Positions 1 through 8,443 of a stretch of 53,709 bases of DNA are shown here, piece by piece. The position numbers were made by a program, and so were the translations under genes. How positions within the stretch are numbered: the stretch's first letter is position 1; the number at the start of each line of letters is the position of its first letter. The DNA lies in the NCBI GenBank assembly GCA_041661795.1, contig JBAZTS010000002.1, positions 102,263 through 155,971 of the forward strand. The letters are read 5' to 3'. The notes under the pieces are model-generated. The model ran no database searches and had not been told where the DNA came from. It saw nothing but the letters and a program-made list of their open reading frames with translations. Origin of the DNA: Minisyncoccota bacterium (GTDB lineage Bacteria > Patescibacteriota > Minisyncoccia > UBA6257 > JAGOQP01).

Positions 1-1
1 A

Positions 2-457
2 GAAGGGTGGGCTGATATAGAAGTTCAGCTCAAAAGAAGGTACGACCTGATTCCAAATTTGGTAAACACTGTTAAGGGTTATATGGCTCATGAGCAGGGT
101 GTTTTTGAAAAAGTTACTAACGCCAGAACCAGAGCTCTTGGAGCTCAGACCAAACAGGAAAAGGCCGGAGCTGAAAACGAATTAACTAATACCTTAAAAA
201 CGCTTTTTGCCGTTTCGGAAAATTATCCCGACCTTAAAGCCAACGCCAATTTTTTGGAATTACAAAGAGAACTTTCCGATACCGAAAATAAAATCCAAGC
301 GGCCAGAAGATTTTACAACGGCATGGTGTTGGAATTTAATACTAAGGTGCAAACATTCCCCACAAACGTTTTCGCTTCTATTTTTAAGTTCCAATCGGAA
401 GAATTTTTCAAAGTTGAGAATGAAGAGGAAAAAGAAAACGTTAAGGTCCAGTTTTAA
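2..457 (+). CDS. lemA: LemA family protein, 5' partial (runs off the window start)
   Basis: Frame 2 reads [27 protein letters not shown] from base 2, upstream of the ORF-track start, then [23 protein letters not shown]. This is the typical LemA core. Confidence 0.85.
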   Translation, partial: EGWADIEVQLKRRYDLIPNLVNTVKGYMAHEQGVFEKVTNARTRALGAQTKQEKAGAENELTNTLKTLFAVSENYPDLKANANFLELQRELSDTENKIQAARRFYNGMVLEFNTKVQTFPTNVFASIFKFQSEEFFKVENEEEKENVKVQF

Positions 458-475
458 TTAATTTTTGCCAAACAC

Positions 476-721
476 ATGCAAGACGTAGATAAAATACTTT
501 TAACTATACAGAACGATCCGTGGATTTTCTATTTGCTTTTGGGTTGGATTACGATTTGGAAGGGGATAGCTCTTTGGAAAGCATCCGCGTTAAAAAGCAA
601 GCCCTGGTTCATTGCTCTTCTGGTGATAAACACAATGGGTATATTAGAAATCCTCTATATATTCTTTCTGTATAAAGTTAAATGGTTCTCAAAAAAACAA
701 CCCGATCAAGGTATCCAGTAA
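476..721 (+). CDS. Small two-TM membrane protein (DUF5652-like)
   Basis: 81 aa with two hydrophobic helices. The WKGIALWKA ... NTMGILEILY pattern is recalled from DUF5652-type proteins. Sits between lemA and htpX. Confidence 0.5.
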   Translation: MQDVDKILLTIQNDPWIFYLLLGWITIWKGIALWKASALKSKPWFIALLVINTMGILEILYIFFLYKVKWFSKKQPDQGIQ

Positions 722-724
722 TTT

Positions 725-756
725 TTCGTACTTTCGTAATATTTTCGTATTTCGTA
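725..756. repeat. Four direct TTCGTA words immediately upstream of the htpX start
   Basis: TTCGTA at 725, 733, 744 and 751. The array ends 9 nt before the ATG at 765. Confidence 0.7.
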
Positions 757-764
757 GCTAAATT

Positions 765-1658
765 ATGAATTTATATTCTTTTAGGTCTTCTAATATAAGA
801 AAGACATGGTTAATGTTCTCTTTGTTTTTAGTTGTTGTTATTTTTGTGGGGTGGATTTTTTCCTACGCCTATAACGACCCGGTTATACTTTATATAGCAG
901 TTTTTTTTAGCTTGTTTACCAATCTTGTCGCTTACTGGAAATCAGATAAAATTGCTCTGGCTATGTCTGGAGCCCAAAAGGCGGAAGATAAAAAGTTTGG
1001 AGAAATTTATAATATTGTTGAAAATCTTTCTATAACTGCCGGAGTGCCAATGCCAAGCATTTATATTATTAACGATCCATCTCCAAACGCTTTTGCTACG
1101 GGAAGAAATCCTAAAAATGCTTCAATCGCTATAACTACCGGGCTATTGGATATCTTGGACAGGTCTGAACTGGAAGGAGTGATAGCTCACGAGCTTTCAC
1201 ACATAAAAAATTACGATATTTTAATATCTACCGTTGCCGTGGTTTTAGTTGGTTTGATATCTATCATTTCTGATTTTTTTATGAGGATGACTTTGTTTGG
1301 TAGAGGCGGAGATGATAATAAGGGGAAAAATCCAGTGATTATGATTGTTGCTATAGCCGTTGCCGTTTTAGCTCCAATACTTGGAACTATTATGCGTCTT
1401 TCCATATCCAGAAGAAGAGAATTTTTAGCCGATGCTTCGGGGGTTCTTTTGACTAGATATCCGGAAGGTTTAGCTTCGGCCTTGGAAAAGATTTCAAAAA
1501 CCGGGCCGTCTTTAAAACCTCATAACGCTACTGCTCATCTTTTTATATCCAGTCCCTTTAGAGCCGATTCTAACCAAAGAAAAACTCCATGGCTTGCTAA
1601 ACTATTTATGACTCATCCTCCTATTGATGAACGTATAAAATCTCTAAGGCAAGTTTAA
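765..1658 (+). CDS. htpX: M48 family zinc metalloprotease HtpX
   Basis: HELSHIKNYD (HExxH) motif, four TM segments, C-terminal THPPIDERI motif. Confidence 0.9.
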   Translation: MNLYSFRSSNIRKTWLMFSLFLVVVIFVGWIFSYAYNDPVILYIAVFFSLFTNLVAYWKSDKIALAMSGAQKAEDKKFGEIYNIVENLSITAGVPMPSIYIINDPSPNAFATGRNPKNASIAITTGLLDILDRSELEGVIAHELSHIKNYDILISTVAVVLVGLISIISDFFMRMTLFGRGGDDNKGKNPVIMIVAIAVAVLAPILGTIMRLSISRRREFLADASGVLLTRYPEGLASALEKISKTGPSLKPHNATAHLFISSPFRADSNQRKTPWLAKLFMTHPPIDERIKSLRQV

Positions 1659-1666
1659 TTTTATAA

Positions 1667-2095
1667 ATGAAAATTCTGTTTATCTGCAAAGGTAATTATT
1701 TTAGGAGTCAGATGGCAGAGGCGATCTATAATCATCTGACAAATAGTCACGATGCTTTTTCGGTTGGAACATATGTCGGTGCGCCGGATGAACCGGAAGG
1801 GCAAATTCTATCGGAATTATTCAGAGATGATCCCGATTTTTTTGAGGTTATGGATAGCCACGAAATGGATTTAAGAAATAATTTAACAAAAAAGTTATTA
1901 CCAGAAATGCTTGATCAATATAATATTGTGGTCTCTATGGCAGAGGAGCCATTTATTCCGGATTTTCTGAAGAAAAATAAAAAAGTTATATGGTGGGATA
2001 TTAAAAATCCCAATCCTGTGCCGCCTGGTTTTTTTAAAAGCACATACGACAAGCTCAATGAACTTATTAAAGAACTTATAAATAAACAAATTTAA
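1667..2095 (+). CDS. Low-molecular-weight phosphotyrosine phosphatase / ArsC-family protein
   Basis: N-terminal ILFICKGNYFRSQMAE matches the CX5R(S/T) P-loop of LMW-PTPs. Confidence 0.75.
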   Translation: MKILFICKGNYFRSQMAEAIYNHLTNSHDAFSVGTYVGAPDEPEGQILSELFRDDPDFFEVMDSHEMDLRNNLTKKLLPEMLDQYNIVVSMAEEPFIPDFLKKNKKVIWWDIKNPNPVPPGFFKSTYDKLNELIKELINKQI

Positions 2096-2131
2096 AACGC
2101 AAACCGCTCCTTTTGTGTTTTTTTGTCAAAC

Positions 2132-2172
2132 AAAAAAGCTCTCATATTCTAAAAACAATGAGAGCATTTTTT
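2132..2172. terminator. Bidirectional intrinsic terminator between convergent genes
   Basis: Stem GCTCTCAT (2138-2145) pairs with ATGAGAGC (2158-2165). Flanked by an A-run and a T-run. Confidence 0.6.
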
Positions 2173-2184
2173 GTTTTAAATCAT

Positions 2185-2547
2185 TTATATTTTTAGGCCT
2201 TCTCCGAATTTTCCGATAATCGGCAACGGCTTTTGTTTTCCAGTAGCCGCATTAACGACTCCGATTATAAATAGAATCATTATAACTATGCTTAAGGGGA
2301 ACCAAAGTATCCATCCTATTATCGGGACAAACGTTCCGAATATAGAAACTACTACCGCCGCTATCAAAAGAGCCAATCCCTGTTTAACGTGATAATGAAC
2401 GAATGGGTCATTCTTGTCTTCGGTCAGAAGGGGAACAAAAAATAAGATATAAGCCACTATAGCCATAATGGTCTTATTTGAACTATTGTGTTTCTCGTGC
2501 TCATGCTCTTGTCCGTGTTCGTGCTCGTGATTTTGTTGGTTTTCCAT
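2185..2547 (-). CDS. DUF4870-like membrane protein with His-rich N-terminus
   Basis: HEHEHGQEHEHEKH N-terminus, then AIVAYILFFVPLL...DPFVHYHVKQGLALL, typical of DUF4870 multi-TM proteins. Confidence 0.6.
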   Translation of the reverse strand: MENQQNHEHEHGQEHEHEKHNSSNKTIMAIVAYILFFVPLLTEDKNDPFVHYHVKQGLALLIAAVVVSIFGTFVPIIGWILWFPLSIVIMILFIIGVVNAATGKQKPLPIIGKFGEGLKI

Positions 2548-2764
2548 ATTAATTATTTAATTATAATCCTACTCTTATTGTCCCATAAAAGATTTAATAA
2601 GGGAATACTTTGTGGAATTGCGGTGTTTGTTGGACAAAGTTCGAAACTATTTCGAGCAAAATCCAAATGATTAAAACTACTAAAAAGGACTCGGCAGGGC
2701 GAAACAATTTGTCTGGGGGAAAGGATTTAAAATCTCTTCATTTTCAAAATGCGTCGCCAAAAAA

Positions 2765-3106
2765 TTATCTAAAAATTAAAACTCCTATAATATATGAACA
2801 AAAATTCATTACCAAGGACAATGCTAATAATTTTCTGGATTTTTCCTGTAAGGCAAAAACCAACAATTTCCATTCAATTAAAACAACAACTATCTCCAAA
2901 AACAAAATTATTAGCAAACTTGATTTGAAGAAAAAAAAATGATCATTGACCAACAAAAAATAGTTTAATATTAGATTTGTAAAAAGATTGATAAAAACAA
3001 TTGCGATAATTTCTATCTTTTTTCTAAATCCAAAAAAGAAAGCGATTATTAGCTCAATTACTATCGTTAAAAGTAAAGCTAAAAGATAACTACTTATTAA
3101 TGACAT
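2765..3106 (-). CDS. Hypothetical multi-TM membrane protein
   Basis: 113 aa and strongly hydrophobic. Overlaps the upstream minus-strand ORF by 17 nt, which suggests an operon. Confidence 0.4.
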   Translation of the reverse strand: MSLISSYLLALLLTIVIELIIAFFFGFRKKIEIIAIVFINLFTNLILNYFLLVNDHFFFFKSSLLIILFLEIVVVLIEWKLLVFALQEKSRKLLALSLVMNFCSYIIGVLIFR

Positions 3107-3311
3107 TTTTCTTTCTTCTTATTGCACGAATGACCAACCAAGAAATCAAGACGATAACGCCAACAATAACGCCACCTATAATCAATAAATCAACGACTGC
3201 TGGAGTACCAGGCACAATCCTTGATGTAACAATTATATCAGCATGTGCACTCAAGGCAGAAAATAATAAACCTAACACCGCAAATATTGATAATAAACTA
3301 GCTTTTCTCAT
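3090..3311 (-). CDS. Small secreted, membrane-anchored protein
   Basis: Signal-peptide-like N-terminus (LLSIFAVLGLLFSALSAHA), C-terminal TM segment and RRKK stop-transfer. Confidence 0.4.
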   Translation of the reverse strand: MRKASLLSIFAVLGLLFSALSAHADIIVTSRIVPGTPAVVDLLIIGGVIVGVIVLISWLVIRAIRRKKNVINK

Positions 3312-3359
3312 ATTTTTATTTTGTTAATTGATTTTTTAATAAAAATGTAAAAACATTTA

Positions 3360-4439
3360 TTACTGCTCGACTCTTTGTAGTATAAATTTTTTGAAATACA
3401 AATACAATCCTGAAAAAAGAGCTACCGCCGATATAATTATTATGCTAAAAATAAACCAATTATTGGCAAGAGCTTGTTTTATTGAAAAGAAGGCGGGAAG
3501 CATTCCAAAAATTAAAGCCAAACAGGTCAAACCGAAAGCAAATCCAGGACGACCGGGCAAGATGTTTGAAATGGCGACCAATGTTATCGGCATAGTTATA
3601 TTAAATAGAAACATTCCAATAATTGCCAAGTAAGGAATATTTGCACCAAAAACAAGAAAAGGAATAGATAGAACTAACGCTCCAACAGCGACCCGAATCC
3701 AGCCAAATTTATCAGCTAAAATTCCACCAAGTCCTTTACCTAAAACAACTGCCGAGGTCAAAATTATCAGTAGATCAATATTTGTTTTCCATGGAAATAC
3801 AAGCACCGCTCCAACAAGTGAACGAATTGCAATTGAGAGAAAAACCAACAGTAGAATAAATTCGAAGTAGTTAAATTTATTTTCTCTAACTGCTTCTCGT
3901 TCATAATTCATTTCTGGTTTTCTAATAACAAACATTAAAAGACACAGAATGGCTAAAATTAAAATAAAAGGCCATGCAATGAATTGCCCACCCTTACCAA
4001 GTAAAGTGCCGACGAGAAGACCTATGGCACCAGGGGCAACATAAATTCCCGGGGCGGTCGCTTTTTTAGGAGTTAAATTCAAACTTATACTACCACCACC
4101 GATATGAAATAAAGCATTTCCTAGTCCTGCAAAAATTATGGCTACGATTGGAAAAGACAAAAATGTAATTGCGGAAAGTCCAGTTAAAATACAACCTAAA
4201 AAAGCGACTACTCGCGGAGATTTAAAATGATCTGTAACAAGGCCAAAAATTGCCTGAAGACCAAAAGCCAAAACATTATACAAAATTACTAAACTTATAA
4301 AATCTGTTGTGCTGACAATTTGATTTTTGAGAATACTAAAAATTACCGCGGCACAAATTCCGTCAACTATGGCGTGAGCAGTTCCATAAACAAAAAGATT
4401 TGCAGAAATATTTTTTAATGATATTTTTTTATTATCCAT
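3360..4439 (-). CDS. Polytopic membrane protein (transporter-like, family not recognised)
   Basis: 359 aa with roughly 10-12 hydrophobic segments. No diagnostic motif recognised. Confidence 0.55.
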   Translation of the reverse strand: MDNKKISLKNISANLFVYGTAHAIVDGICAAVIFSILKNQIVSTTDFISLVILYNVLAFGLQAIFGLVTDHFKSPRVVAFLGCILTGLSAITFLSFPIVAIIFAGLGNALFHIGGGSISLNLTPKKATAPGIYVAPGAIGLLVGTLLGKGGQFIAWPFILILAILCLLMFVIRKPEMNYEREAVRENKFNYFEFILLLVFLSIAIRSLVGAVLVFPWKTNIDLLIILTSAVVLGKGLGGILADKFGWIRVAVGALVLSIPFLVFGANIPYLAIIGMFLFNITMPITLVAISNILPGRPGFAFGLTCLALIFGMLPAFFSIKQALANNWFIFSIIIISAVALFSGLYLYFKKFILQRVEQ

Positions 4440-4473
4440 AAGTTCGAATCTCTATACTCTTCTTTTCACAATA

Positions 4474-4506
4474 ACAAAAAAAGATCTTGTTACCAAGACC
4501 TTTTTT
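4474..4506 (-). terminator. Intrinsic terminator downstream of tRNA-Ser
   Basis: On the minus strand: GGTCTTG GTAA CAAGATC followed by a T-run. Confidence 0.5.
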
Positions 4507-4513
4507 ATTGTTG

Positions 4514-4600
4514 CGGAGGGTGAGAGATTTGAACTCTCGGTGGGTTTTACCCCACACACGCTTTCCAAGCGTGCGCACTAGACCACTATGCGAACCCTCC
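4514..4600 (-). tRNA. tRNA-Ser (anticodon GGA)
   Basis: The reverse complement folds as a cloverleaf: acceptor GGAGGGT/ACCCTCC, anticodon stem CACGC/GCGTG with loop TTGGAAA (anticodon GGA), long variable arm, T-arm GAGAG-TTCAAAT-CTCTC. CCA is not encoded. Confidence 0.9.
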
Positions 4601-4626
4601 TATAAAACTTTCAATCAATAAAAATT

Positions 4627-4655
4627 ATGATACTATTAGAGCTAATTTATTGCAA
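4627..4655 (-). promoter_or_regulatory. Putative sigma70-like promoter for tRNA-Ser
   Basis: On the minus strand: TTGCAA, 17-nt spacer, TATCAT. Lies about 25 nt upstream of the tRNA 5' end. Confidence 0.35.
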
Positions 4656-4733
4656 ATATATAAAATTTTATTGTGCACTTCCATAGCCAAAGAGGGGGAG
4701 TATAATAGGGAGTGTAGATATATAACTTAAAAT

Positions 4734-5546
4734 ATGCAAAAACCGTATTACGACAATCCGAAATTCAAGCTTTATAATGGAAATTGCTTAGATGTTCTCG
4801 CCAAACTTCCTGAGAATTCAGTTGATATGGTTTTTGCTGATCCACCGTATTTACTTTCAAATGGTGGTTTTACTGTTCACGCTGGACGGCAAGTGAGCGT
4901 TAATAAGGGAGAATGGGACAAAAGCAACGGATTGAAAAAAGATTTTGAATTTCATCTTAAATGGATACAAGCCGTTAGGCGTGTATTAAAACCGTCAGGT
5001 ACTCTTTGGATTAGTGGAACTTACCACTCAATTTATCAATGCGGTTTTGCACTCCAAGTCGCAGGATTTCATGTTCTCAATGATATCGCATGGTTTAAAC
5101 CGAACGCTTCCCCGAATCTAAGTTGCCGTTTTTTTACAGCAAGTCACGAAACGATTATTTGGGCGAGAAAGGATAAAAAGGCAAAACATATTTTCAATTA
5201 CGACTTAATGAAAAACGGCACTTGGCCGGAAGACGCATTAAAAAAGCCCGGGCTTCAAATGCGTTCGGTTTGGTCTATGGGAACTCCAAAGCCAATTGAA
5301 AAGAAATTTGGCAAACACCCGACGCAAAAACCAGAAAATTTGTTAAAAAGAATTGTTCTTGCCAGTACAAATAAAAGTGACCTAATTGTTGATCCTTTCA
5401 CTGGAAGTTCAACAACGGGAATTGTCTCTTATCTTTTAGGTAGGCAATTTATCGGAATTGATACAGATTCTAAATTCTTAGATTTATCAATAAAACGATT
5501 TGAGGAGTTGGATAAAAATATTAGAGGTAAATTACAATTTAAATAA
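4734..5546 (+). CDS. Beta-class DNA methyltransferase (N6-adenine or N4-cytosine), DpnA / M2.DpnII-like
   Basis: Motif IV FADPPY precedes motif I DPFTGSSTTG. NLSCRFFTASHETIIWARK and GKHPTQKPENLL closely resemble my recollection of DpnA-type methylases. Target specificity cannot be read from the sequence. Confidence 0.9.
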   Translation: MQKPYYDNPKFKLYNGNCLDVLAKLPENSVDMVFADPPYLLSNGGFTVHAGRQVSVNKGEWDKSNGLKKDFEFHLKWIQAVRRVLKPSGTLWISGTYHSIYQCGFALQVAGFHVLNDIAWFKPNASPNLSCRFFTASHETIIWARKDKKAKHIFNYDLMKNGTWPEDALKKPGLQMRSVWSMGTPKPIEKKFGKHPTQKPENLLKRIVLASTNKSDLIVDPFTGSSTTGIVSYLLGRQFIGIDTDSKFLDLSIKRFEELDKNIRGKLQFK

Positions 5547-5553
5547 AAATAAT

Positions 5554-6330
5554 ATGGCAAACAGTAAGTCTTGGAAGAAAATATTTGATGATTATAAAAT
5601 TTTAGATCATAATTTTGATAGATCGCCGTTTCCGCTTTCTGCAACACAGATAAAACGGGCTTGTCAGAGATTTAAAGAAACAGGTGAGAAGGAAGTTCGT
5701 ATTTTGTGCAAACAAGACAGTAGAGAAGGCAGGCCAGACATTTTTCAAAAACATAATTTATTTTTACTTCCAGTAAAAAACGGCTATTACAATATTATTA
5801 AAGGTGAGGGTTATATTGATATTCCTGAAATTAAAAAAGAAACCATAGTTTATTCCTCAAAACTTGATTTCCAATTAGATACAGCAAAAATTGGTAATTC
5901 AGAGATGCAACATCTAGATTTTGCTTATGCCTCAAGTTTAATTCGTACCTTTATGGAAGATCCATCACTTGTTCTTACAATACGAGGCAGAAAGTACACT
6001 CCCGATTTTGAATTTAAAGTTGGTAGTCAAACTATTAAAGTTTCAAGCGTACAAACTGAAGTGGATGCTGGGTATGAGGGTAAGAATCAAGTCGTGCTAA
6101 TTGAAGCGAAAAACTTTAATGCGACAAATGTTATTATTCGCCAACTTTTTTATCCATTTAGACAATGGCAAGAACAAACAAAGAAAAAAGTTATCACTTT
6201 ATTTTTTGATAAAGTAAGCGACAGGGACATTTATTCAATTTGGCAATTTGAGTTTAGTGATCCAAAAGATTATAACAGTATTAAGTTGGTAAAATCGGGT
6301 AAGTTTAGGATTAAAGAAAACATTAGATGA
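5554..6330 (+). CDS. Putative type II restriction endonuclease partner of the methyltransferase
   Basis: Starts 8 nt after the methylase stop. I chose the ATG at 5554 rather than the ORF-track start at 5500. PD-(D/E)xK-like VDAGYEG...VVLIEAKN motif. Confidence 0.6.
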   Translation: MANSKSWKKIFDDYKILDHNFDRSPFPLSATQIKRACQRFKETGEKEVRILCKQDSREGRPDIFQKHNLFLLPVKNGYYNIIKGEGYIDIPEIKKETIVYSSKLDFQLDTAKIGNSEMQHLDFAYASSLIRTFMEDPSLVLTIRGRKYTPDFEFKVGSQTIKVSSVQTEVDAGYEGKNQVVLIEAKNFNATNVIIRQLFYPFRQWQEQTKKKVITLFFDKVSDRDIYSIWQFEFSDPKDYNSIKLVKSGKFRIKENIR

Positions 6331-6452
6331 ATGTCTTTGTAAAAAATAAGAATTATAGTTTGAATGAAATCGTTGATATTTGTAATAAAAACGGACTTGC
6401 TACGATTGATTGTTTGAACGATGAGGGTATAATTGGTGGCAAAGGTTTTTAG
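6327..6452 (+). CDS. Possible 41-aa ORF overlapping the endonuclease stop codon
   Basis: ATGA overlap with the endonuclease stop. Reads MNVFVKNKNYSLNEIVDICNKNGLATIDCLNDEGIIGGKGF. Too short for the ORF track and no homology recognised. Confidence 0.25.
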   Translation: MNVFVKNKNYSLNEIVDICNKNGLATIDCLNDEGIIGGKGF

Positions 6453-6554
6453 ATTAATATCCTATGGCGGTTTTATATTATTATAAGTCAAAATGAAATT
6501 TAGTATGGGGTATTAATAGAAAGATTTTTATATAAGTTAGATTGAAATAAATAT

Positions 6555-6851
6555 ATGCCTATCAAAATAGAAGGGTTTCAGTTTTGGGGACCATACTACC
6601 ACTCTCGAAGATTCGATAAAAGTTTTGGTTGTGTGTATGTGATATTAAATAATCGTAATCAGGTTGTTGACGTGGGAGAAACAAATGATGTTAATTCTCG
6701 CCTTCTTAACCATGAGCGAAAAATGTGTTGGTATCGAAATGGAGTTGGTGAAACAGGTTTATATATTTACATAAGTAATGATCAAAACTTTCGTCTATTA
6801 CTTGAAAAATTAATTAGAAATAAATACCACCCATTGTGTGGTGATAGATAA
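6555..6851 (+). CDS. Small GIY-YIG-like domain protein
   Basis: GCVYVIL-x9-VDVGETNDVNSRLLNH resembles the GIY...YIG...R...H layout. 98 aa. Overlaps the next gene by 14 nt. Confidence 0.45.
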   Translation: MPIKIEGFQFWGPYYHSRRFDKSFGCVYVILNNRNQVVDVGETNDVNSRLLNHERKMCWYRNGVGETGLYIYISNDQNFRLLLEKLIRNKYHPLCGDR

Positions 6852-7536
6852 ATTTATGGATGATAGAGGATATTTTATTATAGACGGCTCACATTTGTTC
6901 TCGAGTATTCATGAGTTGCAAAGAACAAAAAATGAATATGCAGGGAAAAAATTAAGCATTCCACTTCTTACTGAGGCTTTAACAAGAAAATGGTCTCTAT
7001 GGGTGGGTGCAACAATTCGTGTTGTTTACTATTTTAAACAGAACGACAATCGTTTAGATACAATGCTTAATATTCCTGAGGAAGATGATCCTGGTAGAAA
7101 AGATCATTGGCAGATTAAAGAGTGTGGTGAAGCGATTGATGCTGTACCAGATGATCAGTTACAAAAATTAGATCCTCAATACAGGGATCATTTTGCCCGT
7201 TCAGAAAAAGGACTTGATGGAAAACTTATTTGCGATATTTTAATGTTGGTGGCGGGTAACAGGGCTTCAAATATTGTTTTTTTAGTAAATGATAGAGATT
7301 ATATACCACTTTTTGAATCAGTACAGGCATTAGGTGGAAATACTTATCTGACAGCTCTTGATAGTTCGCAAAAAATTCAGAAAAAATTAGCAAAGCTTGC
7401 CGATAAATACCTGACGCTTGATTCAGAGCTCGATTCAATATTCGGAGTAGTTCATGAATCATCTCAACGAGAATCTCAAATTTTACAACAAGAATCAACA
7501 TCAACACCGGTAACAGAACCCCCAATACAGACTTAA
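6838..7536 (+). CDS. NYN / LabA-like (PIN-like RNase fold) domain protein
   Basis: N-terminal YFIIDGSHLF, then later NIVFLVNDRDYIPLFESVQALGGNTYLTAL. This matches the LabA/NYN acidic-residue layout. Low-complexity C-terminal tail. Confidence 0.5.
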   Translation: MVIDKFMDDRGYFIIDGSHLFSSIHELQRTKNEYAGKKLSIPLLTEALTRKWSLWVGATIRVVYYFKQNDNRLDTMLNIPEEDDPGRKDHWQIKECGEAIDAVPDDQLQKLDPQYRDHFARSEKGLDGKLICDILMLVAGNRASNIVFLVNDRDYIPLFESVQALGGNTYLTALDSSQKIQKKLAKLADKYLTLDSELDSIFGVVHESSQRESQILQQESTSTPVTEPPIQT

Positions 7537-7681
7537 TATCTTTATCCCTCAACTATAAATCCTAGAAAGTCATATATAAGAATGAATCTAATAAAAACAA
7601 AGAGTTTTGAATTGGTTATATATGTTTCAAGTTACTGGTCAATTTTTGGATAAATGCGAAATAAGGTAAAAATATGAAAAT

Positions 7682-8236
7682 ATGTCGAGTGAACGCAAGC
7701 TAAATATTGTTGATGAAAAGGGAAATATTGTTGGTGAAGAAACACGGGATAATATCCATAAAAAAGGACTACTTCATCGGGAAATTCATGTTTGGTTTTA
7801 TACATCAAAGGGTGAGATTATTTTTCAGCATCGTGCGAAAGATAAAGATACCTATCCTGACTTACTAGACGCAACAGTTGGCGGACACGTAGAAATTGGC
7901 GATGATTACAAAAATACGGCACTAAAAGAGATTGAGGAAGAAACGGGGATAAAAGTGGAGAAAAACAATCTTTCTTTTATCCAAATGATGAGAAGCGAAA
8001 GCTATGACCAAATCACTGGCATGACTAATAACGTAGTTCGCGCGGTTTACGCTTTTCGTTATGATGATCAAATTGAAAATTTGAAAATAGAAAAAGGGAA
8101 ATCTATCGGATTTGAAGCGTGGTCTTTTGAAAAATTATTTAACATCTCGGAAAACGATAAAAAATATTTCATCCCCGCTATATTTAAAAAAGAAATTTTA
8201 GCTATTTTCAGGGAAATTCAAAAATTAATTAAATGA
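7682..8236 (+). CDS. Nudix hydrolase
   Basis: Nudix box GGHVEIGDDYKNTALKEIEEETGI. Confidence 0.8.
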   Translation: MSSERKLNIVDEKGNIVGEETRDNIHKKGLLHREIHVWFYTSKGEIIFQHRAKDKDTYPDLLDATVGGHVEIGDDYKNTALKEIEEETGIKVEKNNLSFIQMMRSESYDQITGMTNNVVRAVYAFRYDDQIENLKIEKGKSIGFEAWSFEKLFNISENDKKYFIPAIFKKEILAIFREIQKLIK

Positions 8237-8355
8237 AAGTACTATTCATAGACAAGGGAAATATGATAAGAAACTTAATAACCGTGGCAATATACTCTTA
8301 ACATCCCCATCTCTTCGGTCATTGGAATTTTATAAAAGCTTGATATCAAAGTAAT

Positions 8356-8383
8356 TTGACACTGATTTTCTTTGGTTTATAAT
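8356..8383 (+). promoter_or_regulatory. Near-consensus sigma70-type promoter of the ABC efflux operon
   Basis: TTGACA (8356-8361), 16-nt spacer, TATAAT (8378-8383). Lies 60 nt upstream of the ATG at 8444. Confidence 0.6.
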
Positions 8384-8443
8384 AACCGAGTGTCTAATAT
8401 TTGAAGTAATAGCCCCGTAAAAGGGGTTTGTGTTTAAAATAAC

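Noticed and set aside
2488-2942. Plus-strand ORFs 2488-2670 and 2610-2942.
   Set aside because: They overlap the start of the DUF4870 gene or lie antisense to the minus-strand membrane-protein operon. They are low-complexity and have no start context. At best they cover the divergent intergenic region.
4514-7536. tRNA-Ser as the integration site (attB) of the R-M / nuclease island.
   Set aside because: The tRNA is on the minus strand, so its 3' end faces away from the island. I found no direct repeat of the tRNA 3' segment near 7540-7680, and no integrase gene is present.
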